This document shows, piece after piece, positions 1 to 10,693 of a stretch of DNA of 64,000 bases. The position numbers were made by a program, and so were the translations under genes. A model generated the notes under the pieces. The model was given only the letters and a program-made list of their open reading frames with translations. It was not told the origin of the DNA and searched no databases. Source of the stretch: an uncultured Erysipelotrichaceae bacterium (lineage in GTDB: Bacteria > Bacillota_I > Bacilli_A > Erysipelotrichales > Erysipelotrichaceae); the NCBI GenBank assembly GCA_964438885.1, contig CAYTMK010000001.1, positions 15,876 to 79,875 of the forward strand, read 5' to 3'. Position 1 is the first letter of the stretch. Each line of letters starts with the position of its first letter.

Positions 1-384
1 ACTCCGGATCCTGTTCGTCCAAAACCTCAAAAGCCTGCTTCCCAAAAACCTGCGTCTCAAACGCCTATGACTCCAACCGTTTCGACAAAAGGTCGAAAGA
101 CCATGTTCCGTTTATTCAATCCAAACAGTGGAGAACATCACTATACCCTGGACAAAAATGAATACGAAACGCTTGTTTCACTTGGATGGAACAATGAAGG
201 ACTTGGCTGGTATTCTGCCAATGATCTTGAAAATAAAATTCCTCTCTATCGCTTGTACAATCCAACCGCTCCAGAACAAGCTAAGCATCACTACACGATG
301 AGCTTAGAAGAGCGGAACCATTTGCTGTCAACGGGAGAATGGAATGATGAAGGCATTGGATGGTATGGAATCCCTACTGAATAA
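1..384 (+). CDS. 3' end of a surface/secreted protein: Pro-rich linker plus C-terminal RLYNPNSGEHHYT-type (DUF5648-like) repeats; 5' truncated by the window
   Basis: Frame open from base 1 (TPDPVRPKPQKPASQ...). Two copies of the motif R-L-[FY]-N-P...HHYT...GW..EG.GWY. Confidence 0.8.
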   Translation, partial: TPDPVRPKPQKPASQKPASQTPMTPTVSTKGRKTMFRLFNPNSGEHHYTLDKNEYETLVSLGWNNEGLGWYSANDLENKIPLYRLYNPTAPEQAKHHYTMSLEERNHLLSTGEWNDEGIGWYGIPTE

Positions 385-400
385 AAAGTGTTTGTATCTT

Positions 401-429
401 AAACTCTTGGATCTATTCCAAGAGTTTTT
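401..429 (+). terminator. Intrinsic terminator
   Basis: AAACTCTTGGA-tctat-TCCAAGAGTTT followed by Ts after the stop at 384. Confidence 0.7.
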
Positions 430-483
430 TGATGTTTATAAATAAAAAATACTCACCCTAAAGGTAGGATGAGTATTTTTTAT

Positions 484-1596
484 TTATGAGGAAAACGTCT
501 CATTCGTTAAGGAGGAATCCTGTTCTTCTTCCTTTTGGGCTTTAGCACTCTCTTCAGCTGCCTTCGAAGCATCCATTGCGAGTTGGAAATATTGACAGAG
601 TGTGGAAACAGCTTGTTTGGAAGTATGCCAACTCGTCACTAAGCGAATGACAATGCTTTGATCCCAATAGGTCCACGTTTCAAAGTCCACTTTGTCTTTT
701 AGATAATCAAATTGAATCTGGTTTAAAACTAAGAAAATTTGATTTGTCGTACTCCGCATAAATAAGGGATAGCCAAGACGAATGGCTTCATCTTGAATTT
801 GTTGGGCTAAAGTATTGGAATACTTGGCACATTTAAAGAAATCATCATTTTCGAAAAGCCCAATAAATTGCAAGCCAATCAACCATCCCTTGGCTAAAAT
901 TGCTCCGCTTTGTTTTTGAACATAGCGAAAATAGGGCTTAAGCTGATCATTGACAATCACGACCGCTTCCCCAAATAAAGCTCCATTTTTGGTTCCGCCT
1001 ATCGAAAATAAATCCGCCCATTTGGCTAAATCGGCTAGAGTATAGTCTATTCCACTCATTAAAGCCTGCCCTAAACGTGCTCCATCGATCATCAAATACA
1101 ATCCATAATTATGGCATACTTTACGGATGCTATCGAGTTCTTCACGGGTATAGACTGTTCCAAGCTCTGTGGCATTTGAAATATAGACTAACTTAGGGAC
1201 AATAAAGGCATTGGGATCTCCATGAATGGATTCTACCGTTTTTTGAATGGCAGCGGCCGTAAGTTTTCCTGTGCTATTTGGAATGCTGATGATCTTATGA
1301 CCACTCGCTTCTACCGCTCCTGCTTCATGTTGCAAAATATGCGCCGTATCCGTACAAAGCACGGCTTCATAGGGCCGAAGAACGTGTCGAATCATCACGA
1401 TATTCGTCAAAGTTCCCGATACAATAAAGTGAATATCGACTACGGCTTCCCCAAGCTTTTTACGGATTAAATCCGCGGCTTTTTGGGAGTATTGATCTAC
1501 TCCATATCCTGGATTGGATTGTTCATTGGCTTGAGCGAGAAGCTTCATAATGGGTTCAATGCAACCTTCTCCATAATCATTGCGAAAGAAAATCAT
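484..1596 (-). CDS. Low-specificity L-threonine aldolase family (PLP)
   Basis: F.NDY.EG N-terminus, HILQHEAGA, DGARLG, IGGTKNG PLP-Lys motif. Confidence 0.85.
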   Translation of the reverse strand: MIFFRNDYGEGCIEPIMKLLAQANEQSNPGYGVDQYSQKAADLIRKKLGEAVVDIHFIVSGTLTNIVMIRHVLRPYEAVLCTDTAHILQHEAGAVEASGHKIISIPNSTGKLTAAAIQKTVESIHGDPNAFIVPKLVYISNATELGTVYTREELDSIRKVCHNYGLYLMIDGARLGQALMSGIDYTLADLAKWADLFSIGGTKNGALFGEAVVIVNDQLKPYFRYVQKQSGAILAKGWLIGLQFIGLFENDDFFKCAKYSNTLAQQIQDEAIRLGYPLFMRSTTNQIFLVLNQIQFDYLKDKVDFETWTYWDQSIVIRLVTSWHTSKQAVSTLCQYFQLAMDASKAAEESAKAQKEEEQDSSLTNETFSS

Positions 1597-1718
1597 AACA
1601 AATCCCCTTTTCTCATTTTGCTTTCTTGTGTTTTATCCTCAAAGGTAAAATGAGCCGTTCTACTTTCTTTTAGGCTCGTTTCAAAATCTCTTACTGGGTA
1701 AAAATAAGGCATTTAAAA

Positions 1719-3314
1719 CTATTTTAATAATGCCATGGAATAAGGGGGAAGATAGAGCATTTGGTCCGTTTTTGTGATTTCCTCCGTTCCAGTCAATAAA
1801 ACACCTCCAAGTTCAGCAGGTAAATCCGAGATGGTAATAAAGGAAGTATCAACAGTTTGCGGTTGATCCGATAGATTAAATATTAAAACGGTTTGAGAAC
1901 CTGGGCTTTTGCGATCGAGTATCAATACTTGGTCCGTAGAGAACTCTTGACTCAGTGTCATAGGGGCTTGGGAAATGGATTTATAGGAATTGCGCAACAA
2001 AATCGCTTGTTGGACAAAATTTAAAATAGAAGATCCATCTTCAAGTTGTTCTTTGAAGTTTCCAAAAAGCAAATCGATTTCTTGATCTTCTTGATCAACT
2101 GGACTGTCTTGATTGCTTTCCAAGGCTTTAACCAATAAATCGGCTTGACTCGAAGGAAGACCGAATTCATCTCCTGCCGTCATGAAAATTTGACCATTCA
2201 TCATTAAAAGGAGGGCAAGAGCCATTTTATATTGAGGAAGACGGGCTTCCGATTTCAAGAGGTCTAAAGACTCATCGTGATGATTGAGAAAAAACGCACA
2301 CATATTTTCCGTGCGCGTGGTTTGGTTCTCTAAATAAAAACCAAGATCCCTAGCACTGATGGCACCCGTTACCGCTTGCGCGATCATCCCATCGGCTCCA
2401 GAAGCAGAAGTTTCCGAGGCAAAAGCAGGGATTCGGCTCATTGAATCCGTCCATGTATCAAAAGAAAAGACATTGATGACTTGATCATTGCGCTCATAGG
2501 TAATGGAACTAAACCATTCCATAAATTGCACATCTCTTTGAGAGGATTCTCCAGGAAATAAGTTTTCATAATCCTCTACGTAAAATCCATCTACCCCAAG
2601 GGAAAAGTAATTTTCCACAGCAGTAATAATGGATTGACGCCAAGGCGTGCTTTCTAAATTGATTCGTGGGCTATCTGTTTGCGGAAAAGCTTGATAAAAA
2701 TAGGAAGTATCCGCAATTCGAATCCAATCTGGCTCATTTTCTTTATTTTGCCCAATAAAAAACATATCCATCAACACCGGATCTTTTTGATTTGGATCTT
2801 CTCCTTCTTGAAGATGGGTTAAAAGTTCAGTTAAAGCGATGAATTGAGCATTTTCTTTCGAAATACATGTAAAATCCATCGCCAACATCACAGCCATGTT
2901 TACCTCTTGAGCCTGTTGACAAAGAGCGGCTAAATCCTCAAGCGTTCCTAAATCTGGATTAAGAGTCCCAAAGTCTTTAGGCGCATTGGTTTGATCGCGT
3001 ACAAGGACATCGTTGAGAAGAATGCCATCCATGTTTAAATCTGTTTTGGTGTTTAAATCTCCATCTGAGAAAAGAGATACGTCTTGAAGAATACTTTGTA
3101 AACTTCCATTTGTATTTTCTTTGGAAAAGAGAACAGGAGTAATATCATACCAAAGACGCATTTCATTGTTTCCATCGACAATATTACGAGTATTGACTTT
3201 TTCCATGAGAGTTAAGGGGGTTACTGTGGCTTCTTGAGGGGATTGGCTACATCCACTCATCGAGAAGAACAATACAGTACAAAGTGTGAAGGAAAATAAT
3301 TTCTTGAATTTCAT
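1719..3314 (-). CDS. GH13 alpha-amylase-like lipoprotein, divergent
   Basis: Lipobox SMSGC; GTLEDL, GVDGFY, FLNHHD, GDEFG and LPPYS motifs. Confidence 0.7.
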   Translation of the reverse strand: MKFKKLFSFTLCTVLFFSMSGCSQSPQEATVTPLTLMEKVNTRNIVDGNNEMRLWYDITPVLFSKENTNGSLQSILQDVSLFSDGDLNTKTDLNMDGILLNDVLVRDQTNAPKDFGTLNPDLGTLEDLAALCQQAQEVNMAVMLAMDFTCISKENAQFIALTELLTHLQEGEDPNQKDPVLMDMFFIGQNKENEPDWIRIADTSYFYQAFPQTDSPRINLESTPWRQSIITAVENYFSLGVDGFYVEDYENLFPGESSQRDVQFMEWFSSITYERNDQVINVFSFDTWTDSMSRIPAFASETSASGADGMIAQAVTGAISARDLGFYLENQTTRTENMCAFFLNHHDESLDLLKSEARLPQYKMALALLLMMNGQIFMTAGDEFGLPSSQADLLVKALESNQDSPVDQEDQEIDLLFGNFKEQLEDGSSILNFVQQAILLRNSYKSISQAPMTLSQEFSTDQVLILDRKSPGSQTVLIFNLSDQPQTVDTSFITISDLPAELGGVLLTGTEEITKTDQMLYLPPYSMALLK

Positions 3315-3618
3315 TTTATTTCAGTGAAAAGACCTCAAAATATGGGTCCAATCACGCAGTCCCTCCTTTCCATAAATATTTTTCGGGTCGAGACTTCGAA
3401 AAAATCATTTTCTTTATTATAGCGAATGGTACAAAGAGCCAAAAATATGGAAAAAATGAAAAGTACCTTTTTACTGAGAATAAAGTCCTCAAAACCCCCA
3501 AGACAAAAAAACAGAAAAAAGATTTAAGTCCTAAAGAGGAGAAAAAAGAGGCCAGAGATTTCTTGAGAAACCTCTGGCCTTCTTCTGTATAGAAGAATAG
3601 ATTTTTATTTTTTGCAAC

Positions 3619-5184
3619 TTAGGCTTTTTCCATATCTTCAAGCAACCCCATAGGTTCCTCTTTAAAAATACGTTCATCCATAAGCTTTAAATCATCCGCA
3701 ATGACGGGAACAAACTCCATTTGATCGAGAACATCCTTTTGTAAATCAATACCAGGAGCGATTTCGGTAAGCGTGAAGATCCCATCTTTGAGTTCGAATA
3801 CAGCTCGTTCGGTAACATATACCACTTTCTGACCTGCTTTTTTGGCAAACTCAGAGGAGAAGGTAATTTGTTCTACATCCTTTTTAAACTTTTTAATTTG
3901 GCCCTCGTTAAGAATTTCAAGTTTTCCATCGCCAATTTTTTGTTTTAATCCTTTGGCGGTAAAGGTTCCACAGAAAACAACGACGGGCGTAGATTGAGTG
4001 ATGTTGATGAATCCACCACATCCCGCAATCTTCGGTCCAAAACGGGATACGTTGATGTTTCCATTGGAGTCGCATTCGGCCAATCCCAAGAAGGCTTGAT
4101 CCAATCCACCACCATCATAAAAGTCAAACATAGCCGGAGAATCAATGGTGCAATCCGGATTTGTAGCAGAGCCAAACCCTACTCCAGAAGAAGGTACTCC
4201 ACCAATGTTTCCCGCTTCGACAGTCATTTTCATACCTGGAAGCTGTTCTTCATTGGCCACTTTGGCAATTCCTTCGGGAATACCAATACCAAGATTGACA
4301 ATCGCATTTTTGGAGAGTTCCATCGCTGCTCGACGGCTAATCACTTTACGCGCATTGAGAGGCATTTTTTCCATTGCAGCCAATGGTTTTTTAATTTGGC
4401 CAGATAACTCAGGTAAATAGGGATTCATATACGTTTGCCAAGAATTTTCTGGCGTTCCTTGAACTAAATAGTCAATCATAATTCCAGGAACTTTTACATC
4501 TTTGGGATCGAGAGAGCCATTTTGAACGATATTTTCCACTTGGGCAATGACAATCCCACCTTTGTTTTTCACGGCTTCTGCCATGGCGAGCGCTTCTAAA
4601 AAAGCGGCTTCTTTCTCCATGGTTAAGTTGCCATTTTCATCGGCATTCGTCCCACGAATGATGCCCACATCGAGATTTTTAAAGGATTTATAGCGTAAAT
4701 ATTCTTCCCCATCGATTTCCATTAATTCCACCAAATCATCTTTGGTGATATCGTTCATTTTTCCGCCTTCTAAACGAGGATCAATAAACGTATTCAATCC
4801 AATTTTAGTGATCACTCCAGGACGATTTCCGGCCATTTCCCGCAACAATTGGGCCAGCGTTCCAATAGGTAGATTCCAAGCTTGCACTTTATTTTCGACC
4901 ACTAACTTTTGTAAAGCAGGAACTAGATTCCAGTGGCCTCCTACAATGGAACGCAGTAATCCTTCATGACCTAAGTGATTCATGCCAAGTTTATCTGTTC
5001 CATCTCCAACATTGGTGGGAAAATACAAATCTAAATCACGGGGATGACCCGTTTTCAGGAAACGATCTTCAATCGCATACGTAATTTCCTGAGGATGGGC
5101 CATTCCAATAAACCCAAGCACGGCGACCCGATCACCATCTTTGATGAGATCAGCCGCTTGTTCGGGGGTAATGACTTTCGACAT
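3619..5184 (-). CDS. Acyl-CoA:acetate CoA-transferase (YdiF/propionate CoA-transferase type); likely terminal butyrate enzyme
   Basis: NLGIGIP, VEAG catalytic Glu, GCGGFINI, YVTERAVF; last gene of the butyrate operon. Confidence 0.9.
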   Translation of the reverse strand: MSKVITPEQAADLIKDGDRVAVLGFIGMAHPQEITYAIEDRFLKTGHPRDLDLYFPTNVGDGTDKLGMNHLGHEGLLRSIVGGHWNLVPALQKLVVENKVQAWNLPIGTLAQLLREMAGNRPGVITKIGLNTFIDPRLEGGKMNDITKDDLVELMEIDGEEYLRYKSFKNLDVGIIRGTNADENGNLTMEKEAAFLEALAMAEAVKNKGGIVIAQVENIVQNGSLDPKDVKVPGIMIDYLVQGTPENSWQTYMNPYLPELSGQIKKPLAAMEKMPLNARKVISRRAAMELSKNAIVNLGIGIPEGIAKVANEEQLPGMKMTVEAGNIGGVPSSGVGFGSATNPDCTIDSPAMFDFYDGGGLDQAFLGLAECDSNGNINVSRFGPKIAGCGGFINITQSTPVVVFCGTFTAKGLKQKIGDGKLEILNEGQIKKFKKDVEQITFSSEFAKKAGQKVVYVTERAVFELKDGIFTLTEIAPGIDLQKDVLDQMEFVPVIADDLKLMDERIFKEEPMGLLEDMEKA

Positions 5185-5218
5185 ATTTGACCTCCTTAAA
5201 CTTTAGATAAAGACACAA

Positions 5219-6007
5219 TTACTTATTGGAGAATTTTTTGTCTTTCACTTTGTTTAAGAAGCAATCCATACCATATTTTTGGTCTTCGGTGGCAAAGCAG
5301 TTTGAGAATTCTTCTACTTCCACTGCGATTCCTTCGTCCATCGTGCCATCTAATCCTTTATTGATAGCAGCTTTTGAAGCAGCAACGGCTTTTGGCGCAT
5401 TTTTTGCAATGCCATTGGCCATTTTCTTAGCCGCATCCATGAGTTCTTCCTGAGGGTAAACCGCATTTACTAAACCAATTTCAAGAGCTTTTGGAGCTTT
5501 GATGTTACGAGCGGTGTAGATGATCTCTTTAGCGATACCCACTGGAACCAGGCGAGCTAAGCGTTGGGTTCCTCCAAAACCAGGAGTAATGCCAAGACCC
5601 ACTTCAGGTTGACCAAATACCGCATTTTCGGCGGCTAAGCGAATATCACAAGCCATCGCCAACTCATTGCCACCACCAAGAGCAAAACCATTTACCGCGG
5701 CAATCACGGGCTTTTCCATCGTTTCAATGGCCCGGAAGACTTTGTTTCCAAAAGCGCCATATTCGGCGGCTTCTTCCACCGTTTTATCTTTCATTTCCGC
5801 AATATCTGCACCAGCTACGAAAGATTTTGGTCCCGCTCCGGTAATGATGACTGCATAGATGTCATCATCGTTTTTTACATCATTTACGGCTTCTTCTAAA
5901 TCTTGTAATACAGCTGTCGATAAAGCGTTGAGGGCTTTAGAATTGTTAATGGTCAAAATGGCTACAGGGCCTTCTTTTTCAACAAGAACTTTTTTTTCGG
6001 TATCCAT
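5219..6007 (-). CDS. crt: Crotonase (3-hydroxybutyryl-CoA dehydratase)
   Basis: FVAGADI, NGFALGGGNELAMACD, GQPEVGLGITPGFGGTQRL. Confidence 0.95.
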   Translation of the reverse strand: MDTEKKVLVEKEGPVAILTINNSKALNALSTAVLQDLEEAVNDVKNDDDIYAVIITGAGPKSFVAGADIAEMKDKTVEEAAEYGAFGNKVFRAIETMEKPVIAAVNGFALGGGNELAMACDIRLAAENAVFGQPEVGLGITPGFGGTQRLARLVPVGIAKEIIYTARNIKAPKALEIGLVNAVYPQEELMDAAKKMANGIAKNAPKAVAASKAAINKGLDGTMDEGIAVEVEEFSNCFATEDQKYGMDCFLNKVKDKKFSNK

Positions 6008-6155
6008 GAAAAGTTTCCTTTCTTGATGCCAAAACGCATCGGGGTCTAACTTTTTTCTCTTTTAAGCCGCTCTTAGAAAGCAAGGACTTTCAAAAAGGCT
6101 AAAAAAGAAGGGGGAAACGTCTGGCGAATCCCCCTTGAAAGAGTATGGTTAAAAA

Positions 6156-6995
6156 CTATTTGTAGTTATAGAAGCCTTCGCCTGTCTTGCGGCCAAGTTT
6201 TCCAGCGCGAACCATCTTTTTCAATAATGTAGTGGGACGATACTTTGGATCGCCGGTTTCATCGTATAAAACATTCATAATCGCCAATACAACGTCTAGG
6301 CCAACCAAATCACCTAAAGCGAGTGGTCCCATAGGATGGTTTGCTCCAAGACGCATAGCTGTATCGATATCTTCTACCGAAGCAAGCCCTTCTTGTAAGA
6401 TACCAGTCGCTTCATTGATCATAGGGATCAAAATGCGGTTTACAACAAAGCCTGGACCTTCTTTTACTTCCACTGGAGTTTTACCAATCTCTTGAGAAAT
6501 CGCAATGACTTCATCTTTTACTTCATCAGGCGTATTGGCTCCGGAGATTACTTCAACGAGTTTCATACGATCCGCTGGGTTGAAGAAGTGCATTCCAATC
6601 ACAGGATGTTGAATGCCATTGGCAATTTCTGTAATGGAAAGCGAAGAAGTGTTTGTAGCAAAGATAGCATCTTCTTTTACAATGTCATCTAACTTGCTGA
6701 AAACCTCTTTTTTGAGTGGCATTTGTTCCAAAGCGGCTTCAACGATCAAATCGCAATCAGCCAGATCCTCATATACCCCTGCATTTAGGTGCGATTTAGC
6801 GGCTTGTGCATCTTCAGCAGAAATCTTTCCTTTTGCGACCAACTTGTCTTTGCCAGCACAAATTTTATTAATGCCGTTTTCGGCCCATTCTTTTTTTACA
6901 TCAACAACCGTTACATCATGACCTGCGCTCGCAAACGCATTGGCAATGCCTTGCCCCATCGTACCAGCGCCAACTACCCCTACTTTTTTACTCAT
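6156..6995 (-). CDS. hbd: 3-hydroxybutyryl-CoA dehydrogenase
   Basis: [34 protein letters not shown]. Confidence 0.95.
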   Translation of the reverse strand: MSKKVGVVGAGTMGQGIANAFASAGHDVTVVDVKKEWAENGINKICAGKDKLVAKGKISAEDAQAAKSHLNAGVYEDLADCDLIVEAALEQMPLKKEVFSKLDDIVKEDAIFATNTSSLSITEIANGIQHPVIGMHFFNPADRMKLVEVISGANTPDEVKDEVIAISQEIGKTPVEVKEGPGFVVNRILIPMINEATGILQEGLASVEDIDTAMRLGANHPMGPLALGDLVGLDVVLAIMNVLYDETGDPKYRPTTLLKKMVRAGKLGRKTGEGFYNYK

Positions 6996-7100
6996 GTCGT
7001 GTTATACCCGCCTTTTTGAATACGGGCTTTTCCTTTCGTATAAGACGACCATCAAAGGTCAGAACAGAAGACAAAATTAACTTTTATCGTTTTCGTAAAC

Positions 7101-8162
7101 TTATTTTGTAGCTTTTACTTTTTTGATTTCTTCAATAAGAGCAGGAAGAACTTGTTCTACGGTACCAACATAGCCTTGGTTTGCGATTTTGAAGATTTCA
7201 GCTTCTGGATCACGGTTGATGGCAATGATGTAATCGGATTTTTCCATACCCGCTACATGTTGGACTGCTCCTGAAATACCGCAAGCGATATAAAGAGTAG
7301 GACGAACCGTTTTACCTGTTTGACCAACTTGACGTTCTTTTTCAAGATAGCCATCTTCTACCGCTGCACGTGTAGCAGCCACTTCTCCACCGAGAAGATC
7401 CGCTAATTCGCGCACCAAGTCTAAAGAACCTTCTGCTCCACGACCTGCACCAACGAGAATATCGTATTTTGTAATGTCAAAAGCGGCTTGTTCTTTTGGT
7501 TCTGTACCCTCTACCACGACTTCGGCTTCTTCACTTGTCCATTCTGGCGTAAATTCCACCACTTCACCTGTTCTAGTTTCATCAGGTTTGGCCATATCAA
7601 ATACTTTAGGACGAATGGTTGCCATTTGAGGACGCGTATTGGGGCAAACAATGGTTCCAAAGAGGTTTCCACCAAAAGTAGGACGTGTAACAAGTAAAAG
7701 CGCATCGTCATTGGGAATTTCACGCACGCCACCACGTCCATTCAATTTCACGTCTTTACCAATCTCAATTCCTGTCGCATCGGCTGTTAATCCAGCACTA
7801 ATACGAGCGGCTACCCGAGGCGCTAAATCGCGGCCTAATACTGTAGCCCCTGTAAGTAAAGAGGAAGGTTTAAAGTGATTGATCACTTGGGTTAAAGCGT
7901 CTGTATAAAATTGAGTGGAGTAATCTTTTAACTTTGGATCATCAACCACAATGACTTCATCTGCTCCATGAGCAATGACATCTTGTGCTTTATCCTTGAC
8001 ATTTTCGCCAAGCAATACGCCAACCACTTTATATCCAAGTTCAGGAGAACTATCGACAAGCTCTCTAGCCTTGTTGATCAATTCATAGCCAACTTCAGCG
8101 GGCTGTGAGTCTTTTTGTTCAACAAATACGTAAATGTCTTTGTAATCTGGAAATGTAGCCAT
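7101..8162 (-). CDS. etfA: Electron transfer flavoprotein alpha subunit
   Basis: QVGQTGKTV, CGISGAVQH, RPQMATIRP. Confidence 0.93.
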   Translation of the reverse strand: MATFPDYKDIYVFVEQKDSQPAEVGYELINKARELVDSSPELGYKVVGVLLGENVKDKAQDVIAHGADEVIVVDDPKLKDYSTQFYTDALTQVINHFKPSSLLTGATVLGRDLAPRVAARISAGLTADATGIEIGKDVKLNGRGGVREIPNDDALLLVTRPTFGGNLFGTIVCPNTRPQMATIRPKVFDMAKPDETRTGEVVEFTPEWTSEEAEVVVEGTEPKEQAAFDITKYDILVGAGRGAEGSLDLVRELADLLGGEVAATRAAVEDGYLEKERQVGQTGKTVRPTLYIACGISGAVQHVAGMEKSDYIIAINRDPEAEIFKIANQGYVGTVEQVLPALIEEIKKVKATK

Positions 8163-8173
8163 GACAATCCTTT

Positions 8174-8971
8174 CTACTTCTTGATCAGCTGTTTCTCATT
8201 GAGAGTTTCAGCGATTTTCTTACCCGTTTCATCGGCAGGCAAATTGAAGGTTTCCGTCGCAGCGGTTACGTCTTTGGTAAAGGTTCTATATACTTGCGTA
8301 GGCGAACCTGCTAAGCCGATTTCTTCTAAAGGTAAATTTTCGGCCAGATCATCGTAGGTTAAAATGACAACTGGGTTGTTAAAGGAATCAACGATGTCGT
8401 TGCAGTTCATGTAACGAGGCTTGTTCATGCCAGACAAAGTCGTAATGACTGCTGGAAGTTTTACCGAAACGATTTGGTCTTCATCCTCAAGCGCTTTGCG
8501 CACTTTGATTTGTTCTGGAGTCGCTTCGATAATTTCATTGACATAAGTAACTTGAGGAACGCCTAAGCGTTCAGCCGTTTGAGGACCAACTTGAGCAGTA
8601 TCTCCATCAATAGCTTGACGACCAGCGATGATCAAGTCATAGCCAATTTTGTCAAGAGCGGCAGCAAGTGTTCTTGAAGTGGCACAAGTATCTGCCCCCC
8701 CAAGTCTTCTATCGGTTAAAAGATACGCTTTATCTGCGCCACGTGCGATGGCTTCTTGAAGCATTCCAGCAGCTTGAGGAGGTCCCATAGACAATACTTC
8801 CACGACGACATCATCAGATTTGTCTTTGAGTTCTAAAGCGGCTTCAAGACCGGCTAAATCATCAGGATTGATGATGGATGGAACGCCATCACGAACAAGC
8901 GTACCAGTATTTTTATCAACAGTAATTTCTGTTGAGTCAGGAACTTGTTTGGCTAATACAACAATTTTCAT
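8174..8971 (-). CDS. etfB: Electron transfer flavoprotein beta subunit
   Basis: KQVPD, GADT.AT, GRQAIDGDTAQVGP. Confidence 0.93.
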   Translation of the reverse strand: MKIVVLAKQVPDSTEITVDKNTGTLVRDGVPSIINPDDLAGLEAALELKDKSDDVVVEVLSMGPPQAAGMLQEAIARGADKAYLLTDRRLGGADTCATSRTLAAALDKIGYDLIIAGRQAIDGDTAQVGPQTAERLGVPQVTYVNEIIEATPEQIKVRKALEDEDQIVSVKLPAVITTLSGMNKPRYMNCNDIVDSFNNPVVILTYDDLAENLPLEEIGLAGSPTQVYRTFTKDVTAATETFNLPADETGKKIAETLNEKQLIKK

Positions 8972-8983
8972 AGTTTGAACCTC

Positions 8984-10123
8984 CTAGCGAAGAACCTGTC
9001 CGCCAATGACCATGCGCTGTACTTCGGATGTTCCTTCATAAATTTCAGTGATTTTCGCATCACGGAACATTCTTTCCACAGGCAAATCGCGGGTATAGCC
9101 ATAGCCACCCATGAGCTGAATGCACTTTGTGGTGACTTCCATCGCTGTTTCCGCTGCAAAAAGTTTTGCTTCAGCGGCTAGCATTGTATATGGTTTGCCT
9201 TCTTCTTTTGCCATAGCTGCTCTATAGACGAGGAATTTAGCAGCATCAATTTTGGTTTGTAAATCAGCAATGACAAATTGGGTATTTTGGAATTTGGCAA
9301 TAGGACGACCAAATTGTTTTCTTTCTTTGACGTATTTAATCGTTTCTTCCAAAGCGCCTTCCGCAATTCCTAAAGCCTGGGCAGCAATACCGATACGACC
9401 ACCATCCAAAGTAGCCATCGCAATCTTAAAGCCTTGGCCTTCTTTACCAAGAAGGTTTTCCTTTGGAACACGAACATTGTTAAAAATTAACTCAGAGGTA
9501 GCCGAACCACGGATTCCAAGTTTCTTTTCGTGTTGGCCGATAGTAAAACCAGGCATTCCTTTTTCCACGATAAAAGCGGAAATACCACGCGTACCCTTGG
9601 ATTTATCTGTCATCGCAAAAATAATATAGGTATCGGCTTCTCCCGCATTGGTAATGAAGATTTTCGTTCCATTTAAAACGTAATCATCTCCATCCAAAAC
9701 GGCAGTGGTTTGTTGACTTGCAGCATCAGTCCCTGCATTGGGTTCTGTTAGACCAAACGCACCAAGTTTTTCACCAGAAGCAAGAGGTTTTAAATATTTC
9801 TCTTTTTGAGCTGGGGTACCAAATTGAGCGATAGGCCAAGAGCCAAGAGAGGTATGAGCGGAAAGCACCACCCCTGTGGTAGCACAAGTCTTAGAAAGCT
9901 CTTCTACAGCGAGAATGTAAGATAAATAATCCGCTCCAGCGCCACCAAATTCACGAGGATAAGGAATCCCCAACATTTTGGCTTGACGCAGAACTTCGAC
10001 GTTTTCTTTTGGGAAACGTTCTTTTTCATCCACATCCGCTGCGTTATCTTTCACTTCAGCTTGGGCTACTTCTCGGAACAACTTCTGCATGAGTTTCTGT
10101 TGTTCTGTTAAATTAAAATCCAT
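8984..10123 (-). CDS. bcd: Butyryl-CoA dehydrogenase
   Basis: FGLTEPNAGTD, GGRIGIAAQA, EIYEGTSEVQR; adjacent to etfBA. Confidence 0.93.
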   Translation of the reverse strand: MDFNLTEQQKLMQKLFREVAQAEVKDNAADVDEKERFPKENVEVLRQAKMLGIPYPREFGGAGADYLSYILAVEELSKTCATTGVVLSAHTSLGSWPIAQFGTPAQKEKYLKPLASGEKLGAFGLTEPNAGTDAASQQTTAVLDGDDYVLNGTKIFITNAGEADTYIIFAMTDKSKGTRGISAFIVEKGMPGFTIGQHEKKLGIRGSATSELIFNNVRVPKENLLGKEGQGFKIAMATLDGGRIGIAAQALGIAEGALEETIKYVKERKQFGRPIAKFQNTQFVIADLQTKIDAAKFLVYRAAMAKEEGKPYTMLAAEAKLFAAETAMEVTTKCIQLMGGYGYTRDLPVERMFRDAKITEIYEGTSEVQRMVIGGQVLR

Positions 10124-10225
10124 ACAATCCAGTTCTCCTTTCTCGATAGATCGAACTTTTGGATTTTTACAAATGAGACCTCAGTCAAAATATGCTTTCA
10201 AGCATAGACATCGGGCTTAAGATTA

Positions 10226-10253
10226 ATGATAGTCTTTCTGGTAGGGGTGTCAA
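10226..10253 (-). promoter_or_regulatory. Sigma-A promoter of the bcd operon
   Basis: TTGACA-N16-TATCAT on the minus strand. Confidence 0.6.
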
Positions 10254-10259
10254 TTTTAG

Positions 10260-10277
10260 ATGTGAAATCTTTCACGA
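10260..10277. promoter_or_regulatory. Putative Rex operator
   Basis: aTGTGAA-atct-TTCACGa versus consensus TTGTGAA-N4-TTCACAA, next to the bcd -35. Confidence 0.6.
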
Positions 10278-10693
10278 AAGCGATCTAATTTTGGCTAAAG
10301 TTTTGAGCAAAATTTGGTAAAAAAACGCAATTTTAAGAAAATGTCTAAGATTGTAAGACGAAACTTTATTTTTTCATTAAAAGGAAGCCTTTTCATTTAG
10401 AAACTTTAAGCTCGCTTCGTTTTCTGTTTCTTGTGGTTATAAAAGAGAATCAAAGAACCACTTCATCTTTTCCTAATGAATCAGGATTTCATCTAAAAAA
10501 TTTGAGGAAGATTTTTAAGTTTTTGAGGGGAAAAGTGTCTTTCTCTTCTTTTCCAAGCTCTTTCCAAAACGATCTACTCTATTTTTTAAAGAGTGGCTTT
10601 GTTAGAATGAATAAAGTTAAAGCCATTCTTTAAAAGGGGGTTTCACTTTTTGGAAAGCTTTAACCTAGGAAAAAAAGAAAGAGGCTAATTGAA

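Noticed and set aside
10433-10633. 66-aa ORF between bcd and thl
   Set aside because: AT-rich divergent promoter region; no RBS or motif.
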